DNA from: a virus
Taxonomy: Duplodnaviria; Caudoviricetes
Reading direction: 5' to 3' (one strand)
Length of the DNA: 64,000 nucleotides
IMG/VR virus record: IMGVR_UViG_3300032038_000011
Location: 72,936 to 136,935 of that record
Of the stretch, positions 57,285 to 64,000 are shown piece after piece. Position numbers and translations under genes: made by a program. Every line of letters begins with the position of its first letter. The stretch's first letter is position 1. The notes beneath the pieces were generated by a model, which did no database searches, was not told where the DNA came from, and saw only the letters and a list, made by a program, of their open reading frames with translations.

Positions 57285-59066
57285 TTAGAAATCATATTTA
57301 TGTGGATCATCTGGAGGATTATCTAAGTCATAATCATCTACAAATATTTGAGTGGTTGTGCGGCCTGCAAAAGTATTTAAATTAACTCTACCATAAACAG
57401 TAAGTTTTTGAAGTCTATTACTAAAAACTTCTTCCGTAAAATTTATATCTTTAAAACGAACGTAATCTATTCCATTAAAGCTAATCTTCATACTGTCTTT
57501 ATTCGCACCCATAGCCATTACATTAGCAAGAGAAATATTTTTAATAACAATTTTAATTTCATCAATATGATTGCCAAAAAATTCAGGATGTTCTCCCAAT
57601 TTTTCAAGCAAAGGAGCAATATTTTCTCTAGCATCTAGAATATAATCTACAGTGTAACATTTTGAAAAAGCATTATCATCTAATTTCTCATTACTATAAG
57701 AAAGTAATTTATCTGTATTAAAGCTATTAATACCAAAACCTGCGGCAGCATCATGCCCGGCTACATAATTAATTAAACTACTTTCTTCCAGAAATTGCTT
57801 GAAACTAGGAAGGCCAGCAAAATTTCCGCTGCTGCGAATACTACCATTTATTTCATTATTATCATTTCTACGACCAATCATAACTGGTTTGTTATACTTA
57901 TTAACAATAGCCATTGCTACTAATCCAGTTAATTCTGGCGGAATATTATCTTCTGGTTCTACTTCAACCAAAATAATATTATTGCTTGCTAAGTCATTTT
58001 TTTGAATTTTAAAATCAATTAAATCAATAGCTTTTTCTTTTAATTTATCTTGGCGAGCTTTTGCGTTCTTACCTACACGAGCAGTTTGTTCTGCGGCGGT
58101 TTCAGTATCTCCAGGCTTTGCTCCTCGTTTTGTGCTTGGTAAAATTTTATCTGGCTCAATAAAACAATAAAACATTGCTTCTTTTTCTTTCATAGATCCC
58201 ACTCGTGTAAGAGCGTTAATAAGAGGAGCGATATAAAAGGCAATATCAATTGGAGTTAATCCATACCAAGGATAAGTTGCTTTTTCTTTTAAAGAATATG
58301 ATTGAGCTTCAAGTAAGGTTTGGAAACCTTTATTTTTAATATTTTTTAAACCACGAAGCATTAGATAATTTGTTTCAGGAGTTGTCCTATCCATAACATC
58401 AGCAATTTCTCCAAGAGCAACTAAATCCATATATTCTTGAGCTTGCTTAATGCCTAAAATTTCATCTAGTACTTCACAAAACTTATAAACTACACCAGCT
58501 CCACATAATGATTTATTTGAATACATTGGAGATAATTGATTATTAACAACTATTGTATTTGAAGAAGTAGAAGTAATTGGATTACCATCTGTGTCATATT
58601 GCTGTTCGTGATGATCTAATACTAAACAGTCAATATTTAAATCCGCTAATCGTTCATGCTCTTCAATATCATAACTGGCCGAATCTGGACAAATTACTAA
58701 ATCAACATCATTTAGTGTTTCTAACCAATCAATTTTATCATCAAGCCCATGTTGCTTATGCTCGTGTAAAGTAAAAGTAAGATTAGCTTTTGGAAAGATA
58801 TGTTTAATATAAAGCCATAAAATACTTGAACTTGTAAAACCATCGCAGTCAGAATCTACTACGAACATAATCTTGCTATTTGTGCGAAGATGCCGCAAAA
58901 GTAATTCTGCCGCGAGATCAATATTTTCAAGACCATACGGATCTAATTCACATTCTGATGTTGGGTGTAAAAAAGATTCAATATCTTGAACACCACGGTC
59001 TATTAAAATTTCTGATAAAGCCTTTTCAGGATTTGTAGTATATTGTTTTCTTAATCTATAATTCAT
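57285..59066 (-). CDS. recJ: RecJ-like ssDNA exonuclease (DHH family)
   Basis: DSDCDG, DHH, LCGAGV, GSIR and GHDAAAG motifs. Confidence 0.9.
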   Translation of the reverse strand: MNYRLRKQYTTNPEKALSEILIDRGVQDIESFLHPTSECELDPYGLENIDLAAELLLRHLRTNSKIMFVVDSDCDGFTSSSILWLYIKHIFPKANLTFTLHEHKQHGLDDKIDWLETLNDVDLVICPDSASYDIEEHERLADLNIDCLVLDHHEQQYDTDGNPITSTSSNTIVVNNQLSPMYSNKSLCGAGVVYKFCEVLDEILGIKQAQEYMDLVALGEIADVMDRTTPETNYLMLRGLKNIKNKGFQTLLEAQSYSLKEKATYPWYGLTPIDIAFYIAPLINALTRVGSMKEKEAMFYCFIEPDKILPSTKRGAKPGDTETAAEQTARVGKNAKARQDKLKEKAIDLIDFKIQKNDLASNNIILVEVEPEDNIPPELTGLVAMAIVNKYNKPVMIGRRNDNNEINGSIRSSGNFAGLPSFKQFLEESSLINYVAGHDAAAGFGINSFNTDKLLSYSNEKLDDNAFSKCYTVDYILDARENIAPLLEKLGEHPEFFGNHIDEIKIVIKNISLANVMAMGANKDSMKISFNGIDYVRFKDINFTEEVFSNRLQKLTVYGRVNLNTFAGRTTTQIFVDDYDLDNPPDDPHKYDF

Positions 59067-59069
59067 AGT

Positions 59070-60191
59070 TTATCCTCTCACTTTAATTCTATTTTTATAA
59101 AGTTCTTCAAACACTTCTTTTCCTCTATCAAAAGGAGAATCTTTTTCATTAAGTAAATTATCAAAATCCCAAATATAAGAAAAAGAAGCTTGATTAGAAT
59201 ATTTTTTACACATGCGTTCTATTTTATCTCGGTATTTTCGAGCTTTTTCTGTACGCCAATCAGTATATTCTTTATCTAAAGCAACAACAATTTCATTTGC
59301 TCCCAATATATCAGTTAATAAACTAATATGATATTTATTAAATGTAGAACCACAACAAGCAACACAATTACTCCATTCGCCATAATAGCCATCATCTAAC
59401 AAAACTGATTTTTCAGCTTCAGCAATAATTGCACTTCTACGACGAGTAATTCCTTTTTGATGTTCATAAATACCATATAAATTAAATTGTAATGGATGAG
59501 TATATAATACTTTTCCAATTTGAACAGGACGATATTTCCCACATTCTTCAATTTCTTTTTTTTCTAATGCCCGCCCGCGAATACCAACTAATCGCCCTTC
59601 AATATCAAAATGTGGTATAATAATTTTATTTTGGCCTAATGAAAATTTAATTTGAAATTTATCCATTGCTTCTTTAGTTATTCCATCTTTTAACCAAAGA
59701 GGATGATAATATTTTATAAAATAATCTAATACCACTGGAGAATATTCTTCTAAAGCTGGAATATTTGTAGTATATTTATATTTTTCAATATCGTTTTCAA
59801 AACGATTAGAACGTTTAGTTGTAATAATAATATGTTTTAGAAATTGTTTCACGTAATTTTCTGCTTCTTCTAAAGTAATTGGATATTGATTTAAAGCCAT
59901 ATATTTTTGATATAATTGAAAAATTGACATAGCTTCATCACATTCGGTATAACATCTAAATATTTTATTATTCTGATACCAATATAATTTCATAGATTCC
60001 GCTTCATGAATTGGATTATGACAAATAGTAGGACAAACTAGATATTGTTTTTCTTCATTAACATCTATTTGTTCTACTCCTAAACTTTCTAAAAAATTTT
60101 TTACATCTGATAAAGTAATTGAATTAATTATATCTTTAGTATTTAAAGTAGCTAAATAAGCATCTCTATCAGCCTCATTAAAATTTGTCAT
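59070..60191 (-). CDS. DNA primase
   Basis: Zinc finger (C..CH...C..C), IIPH...GIRGR, TOPRIM EAEKS and ALDKE. Confidence 0.85.
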   Translation of the reverse strand: MTNFNEADRDAYLATLNTKDIINSITLSDVKNFLESLGVEQIDVNEEKQYLVCPTICHNPIHEAESMKLYWYQNNKIFRCYTECDEAMSIFQLYQKYMALNQYPITLEEAENYVKQFLKHIIITTKRSNRFENDIEKYKYTTNIPALEEYSPVVLDYFIKYYHPLWLKDGITKEAMDKFQIKFSLGQNKIIIPHFDIEGRLVGIRGRALEKKEIEECGKYRPVQIGKVLYTHPLQFNLYGIYEHQKGITRRRSAIIAEAEKSVLLDDGYYGEWSNCVACCGSTFNKYHISLLTDILGANEIVVALDKEYTDWRTEKARKYRDKIERMCKKYSNQASFSYIWDFDNLLNEKDSPFDRGKEVFEELYKNRIKVRG

Positions 60192-60193
60192 TA

Positions 60194-61810
60194 TTAATTC
60201 CTTTCAAAATAATTTCTCCAATTAATAATTTCTTCGCTAGAAGAAGAAAATAAATCAATATAAGGCTCCCTAATAGGTTCATTTTCTGCTGTAGTCATAA
60301 ATAAATCTTCTCTTTCACCTGTACCTAAATGAAGTCTAATCCAGATTCTAACATTCTTATAACCACCACGACGATTTTTATATATATCTAAAACATGAGT
60401 TGGACGAAATCTCTCATCTTCAACATATTTCGAATCTAATAATCCTTCACGCGCGGCTTTACGCCATTCAACCATATAAGTATTTAAATTTTTTTCAGAA
60501 ACTTTTGACATAACCATACCTACATCAGCTTTATCTGCTACAGCTTTACTACCGCGAATACTTGTTTCATTTTTAAATTCTCCATCATCCGCCATACCTA
60601 AAGCATTAACCTGTGTTGCAGACATAATAAAAAGTTGATAATCTTTCGCAAGCTGCTTTAATTGATTAGCCATCATCATTAGAATAACATCTTCACGAAC
60701 ATTATTTTTAGCAAATTGTCCGAACATACTTGCAGTTGAATGTATATAGTCAAAAGCAACATATTTTACTTCATCAATAGTTGCGTATTTCTTAATTGTT
60801 GCTTCTACATTAACAAGATTTGGATCACTAATTTCTTCAATAAGAAAATATCCTTTATACATTTTAAGAATTTTTGCCGCGAAACGAACTCTATCTATTT
60901 CACCACCATCATATTTACCAGTAAGGATATGTGATTCATTTACTCCTGATAAATAAGCTAGCATAATAGTTTGAAGTTCTTCTTTATCCATTTCTGTTAC
61001 AATAAATAAAACTTTTCTCGGAGGTCTTGGATTTCCACTTTCATCAATTTCTCTAATAAAAGTTCCTTTCTCATGAGAATAACGAATTGGATAAGCTAAA
61101 TGACAAGCATCAAAAACTGCTGTTCTTGTTTTACCCGCGCCAGAACTCGCAGTCTTTAAATAAAAACAACCTTGTCTTGCTCCACGAGTTGCTGTACTAA
61201 AATATTTTCCTTCAAGACTTGGTCCAATATTTGGAAGTCTTTGTAATTCATCTATAAGTTCAAAAATTCCTTCAGAAGGATCTCCATTTTTTGAACCTCC
61301 TCGAAGATATTCATTACGAATTATATTATATTTTCCTTCAACAGAATTAAGAATATCTTCAAGGCTTGCTTCATCGAAATGTTCTTGAATTTTAGCTTCT
61401 TCAATAGGACTTAAATCACTTTTTTCATCGACGTAAAATTCACTAACATCATATCCTTCATTAACTAATCTTCTTAATAAAGAATATTTCTTTAAACGTA
61501 TATAATAAACTTTAAAATTTGCCAATTCAGCAAATTCAAAACAAGCTTTTAAAAAATCAAGTCCACCATCATTTTGATAAATTATCGCACTATTTCTATG
61601 TTTTTCAATTTCTTGATCTACTTCAATTGGTGTTAATTTAGTTGCTCCTTCATTATATAAACTTTGAATACTTATAAAACAAATCCGCGCGACTTTATTT
61701 GAATTATCAAAATCAAGTGGATGTATATCTGGATATTCTATGAATAAAAGAGGGTTCTTCATTAGACATCCAATGACTTGACGATATGCCATTTTATCTG
61801 ATAAAGTCAC
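60194..61810 (-). CDS. DnaB-like replicative helicase
   Basis: SSGAGKT Walker A, TEM, FDYI, ATQVN, RGSK...DKAD and KNR motifs. Confidence 0.88.
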   Translation of the reverse strand: MTLSDKMAYRQVIGCLMKNPLLFIEYPDIHPLDFDNSNKVARICFISIQSLYNEGATKLTPIEVDQEIEKHRNSAIIYQNDGGLDFLKACFEFAELANFKVYYIRLKKYSLLRRLVNEGYDVSEFYVDEKSDLSPIEEAKIQEHFDEASLEDILNSVEGKYNIIRNEYLRGGSKNGDPSEGIFELIDELQRLPNIGPSLEGKYFSTATRGARQGCFYLKTASSGAGKTRTAVFDACHLAYPIRYSHEKGTFIREIDESGNPRPPRKVLFIVTEMDKEELQTIMLAYLSGVNESHILTGKYDGGEIDRVRFAAKILKMYKGYFLIEEISDPNLVNVEATIKKYATIDEVKYVAFDYIHSTASMFGQFAKNNVREDVILMMMANQLKQLAKDYQLFIMSATQVNALGMADDGEFKNETSIRGSKAVADKADVGMVMSKVSEKNLNTYMVEWRKAAREGLLDSKYVEDERFRPTHVLDIYKNRRGGYKNVRIWIRLHLGTGEREDLFMTTAENEPIREPYIDLFSSSSEEIINWRNYFERN

Positions 61811-61824
61811 AACTAAATCTCTCC

Positions 61825-62319
61825 TTAATCATCCAGCCATTCATCTGGATCATATGTTATTTTTTCTTTACTACTAGTATTTTCTTTAATTGGGACAATA
61901 TGCTCTCGAACTTCTGTTTTGAGTGCGGCGGCAAGATTTAAACTTTTAATATTTTGATTTCGCCTATACCGCATCATTTCATCAACCATAGTTGGATTAA
62001 CCAAATATATAGTTTCAACTTTCTTTGGCTTTTTTAATACATTATAAATATAATCTAAACAATTAACAATTGTTTCATCAGAATAACCATAAGTATCTAT
62101 TAAACGCTTGCGCTCAGTCCAAATTCTTGGTCCTGGAGTTTTAATTCCAAAAATAGTACAAACTTTATTTGCGAATTTTTCTTGCTCCATTTTTTCATTA
62201 TAACATTTTTTACAATACCAATAAGAATTTTTAGCTTTTGGGCCGGTATAACTTACCATATCTTCATTTCTAAAAACTTCTTTACAAACATGACATTTAT
62301 GAGTTGGACGAATTGCCAT
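61825..62319 (-). CDS. Zinc-finger protein, possible helicase loader / replication organiser
   Basis: CHVC...CKKC plus a helical domain; directly upstream of the helicase. Confidence 0.5.
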   Translation of the reverse strand: MAIRPTHKCHVCKEVFRNEDMVSYTGPKAKNSYWYCKKCYNEKMEQEKFANKVCTIFGIKTPGPRIWTERKRLIDTYGYSDETIVNCLDYIYNVLKKPKKVETIYLVNPTMVDEMMRYRRNQNIKSLNLAAALKTEVREHIVPIKENTSSKEKITYDPDEWLDD

Positions 62320-62349
62320 ACTAATCACTCCCACATTTTAACTATATTA

Positions 62350-62378
62350 AGTATAGCATAAAACATAAAAAAAGTCAA
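62350..62378 (-). promoter_or_regulatory. Sigma-A promoter for the helicase-primase operon
   Basis: TTGACT-17 bp-TATACT with TGn extension. Confidence 0.75.
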
Positions 62379-62379
62379 T

Positions 62380-62406
62380 AAAAAAAGAGCATAAGCTCTT
62401 TTTTTT
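62380..62406. terminator. Terminator-like hairpin
   Basis: AAAAAAGAGC-ATAA-GCTCTTTTTT. Confidence 0.7.
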
Positions 62407-62407
62407 A

Positions 62408-63409
62408 TTATAGTAATTCTCGCATTTCATCAACAAAAAGTTCTACTAAATCAGATTGAGAAGGCACGGCCGCGCTTAATTTGAAATCTTCAGAACCAAA
62501 GATTCTTCGAATTACATCTTTCATAACATTTAGATGTTGTTCTTTTTCTTCATCTGTTTTTGCAGACTCTAAATAATTCACCCAAACTTCCTTAGCATCA
62601 TTAATAACTTCTTGGAAAGGACGAGCCTTGATTTGAGCAATTTCAGTATGGTCAGTTACTTCAGCTCCATCAAGTTCTACTGCTTTATCAATAGCTTCTC
62701 CAATTGCATCAACTAATTCTTTATAACCGAATTTAATCTTCGGGGCAAGATATTGATAACGACTTCCTGCAAATACTGTTGGAGTAGAACGAGTATATAA
62801 AAAACGTTCAGAAGTTCCATCTGTATTCATTTGAACTTGTAGATAACCAATAATATCAACAATACTATTAATAATTGTATAACATTGATTTGGTAAATCT
62901 GGAGCTACCGCAGTAATTTCATTGCCATCTTCATCTCTCATTTCAGTAGGTTTATCTTTACTATGAGCGATAAATAAAATGCCAAAACCAAGTAAAGTAA
63001 TCTCACGCCAACATTCTGAAAACTCGTTACGGAGCATGCCCCAACCTTGACCCCAAGGAATATCTCTTATACTATCAACACCTTCACGTTGACAAATATA
63101 TTTTTCACAAAGACCCCAAGCAATAGAAGCAGTATCTACTACAATACTATCGTACATTTCGCGTGCTTGTGGTTTACGAAGCTGGGAAAGAACTTTTTTA
63201 AAATCGCCCCAACGAAGAATAGGTACACTACGTATTCCAGCCAAAGCATTTGTACCTTGCTCAAAGTTAAGGAATAATGAACGAGGAAGTTGAGAACCAA
63301 ATGTCGATTTGCCAGTTTTTGGTTGTCCATAAATTAATAAAAACTTTCCTTTTAAATCTCTTGAAATTTTACTTGGCTCAAGAGAAAAAATATCAATATC
63401 GTTCGCCAT
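62408..63409 (-). CDS. Sak4-like AAA ATPase (ssDNA annealing recombinase, AAA_24)
   Basis: YGQPKTGKS, EQG, IVVDT and IAH motifs; adjacent to SSB. Confidence 0.8.
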   Translation of the reverse strand: MANDIDIFSLEPSKISRDLKGKFLLIYGQPKTGKSTFGSQLPRSLFLNFEQGTNALAGIRSVPILRWGDFKKVLSQLRKPQAREMYDSIVVDTASIAWGLCEKYICQREGVDSIRDIPWGQGWGMLRNEFSECWREITLLGFGILFIAHSKDKPTEMRDEDGNEITAVAPDLPNQCYTIINSIVDIIGYLQVQMNTDGTSERFLYTRSTPTVFAGSRYQYLAPKIKFGYKELVDAIGEAIDKAVELDGAEVTDHTEIAQIKARPFQEVINDAKEVWVNYLESAKTDEEKEQHLNVMKDVIRRIFGSEDFKLSAAVPSQSDLVELFVDEMRELL

Positions 63410-63424
63410 AACTTAACCCTCCTT

Positions 63425-63457
63425 AAAAAATAGTTGGGAATTTATTATTCCCAACTA
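63425..63457 (-). terminator. Intrinsic terminator after ssb
   Basis: TAGTTGGGAAT / ATTCCCAACTA plus U tract. Confidence 0.7.
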
Positions 63458-63999
63458 AACTTTCCACCAGGAGCGGCTGAAGCCGTAGCAGATTTAGTAG
63501 AGCCTCCCTTCTTTGCGTCTACTTGCATCTGCTCTAGACGTGCCTTACGCTCATTAAATGCTTTCTTAATTTCAACAACATCATAAGCGAAATCCTCATC
63601 AAAAGGCTCGTCGGAACCACGAGTAATAATTAATTCACGTACCATACGAGTAGAAGTCTCAGGTAGTTCCTCGCCCCAAGAACTTGCACTCGCGGAATGC
63701 TTCTCTTCCTGAGAAGTTACACGAATACGACCACCAACATTAACAGTTTGATTCTCTTCCCAGTTACGAGAAATATAATTAACAGCATCATTGTCTTCAA
63801 CAATAAACTCAATTACATCAAGTCTACCGCCATACTGAACAACTGCGCCCTTAATTACAAGACGACCAGTTGGCTCGCCTTCACGATCTACTTCCTCATG
63901 CATATCCATAATGAAAATATCCATATTGAAAGAAGCAATATCTGCCATCTTACCTTCGTTTAGGAAAGAAGTATTAATTTGCCAACCATTAATTAGTTG
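63445..63999 (-). CDS. Single-stranded DNA-binding protein (5' end outside the window)
   Basis: Frame stays open to the window edge (QLINGWQINTSFLNEGKM...); OB-fold pattern, flexible tail ending FSWE; next to Sak4. Confidence 0.65.
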   Translation of the reverse strand, partial: QLINGWQINTSFLNEGKMADIASFNMDIFIMDMHEEVDREGEPTGRLVIKGAVVQYGGRLDVIEFIVEDNDAVNYISRNWEENQTVNVGGRIRVTSQEEKHSASASSWGEELPETSTRMVRELIITRGSDEPFDEDFAYDVVEIKKAFNERKARLEQMQVDAKKGGSTKSATASAAPGGKFSWE

Positions 64000-64000
64000 G

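Noticed and set aside
48861-61810. Inteins or introns in RNR, DnaE or helicase
   Set aside because: Frames are continuous, lengths are near normal, and no intein C...HN termini or LAGLIDADG motifs were recognised.
4618-63999. Stop-codon reassignment
   Set aside because: Genes are full length and tightly packed under the standard bacterial code, including an 18-kb ORF.
1-64000. tRNA, rRNA, integrase or transposase genes
   Set aside because: None recognisable by eye; intergenic gaps outside the first 4.6 kb are too short.

Overview
A 64-kb piece of a large, AT-rich tailed (siphovirus-type) phage genome, probably infecting a Firmicute (sigma-A promoters, strong AGGAGG RBSs, a PHP-containing C-family polymerase). 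It has four zones. (1) 1-2.3 kb: an array of small genes, each with its own promoter and terminator, separated by seven copies of a 32-bp dyad-symmetric site centred on an invariant CG. (2) 2.35-4.4 kb: a sharply GC-rich leftward operon with a long leader, repeated GCAA hairpins and a probable PD-(D/E)xK protein. (3) 4.6-43.8 kb: a rightward morphogenesis operon with terminase, portal, protease/scaffold, capsid, neck, two tail-tube paralogues, a giant ~5,970-aa tape measure protein, Dit and Tal. (4) 43.9-64 kb: a leftward replication/nucleotide-metabolism arm (RuvC-like resolvase, dUTPase, class II RNR, two GIY-YIG proteins, DnaE, RecJ, primase, helicase, Sak4, SSB). The best candidates for undescribed biology are the palindrome-bounded cassette array and a minimal tail-tube mimic encoded in the replication arm next to a membrane-anchored GIY-YIG nuclease. 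All calls come from reading motifs by eye; no searches were run.
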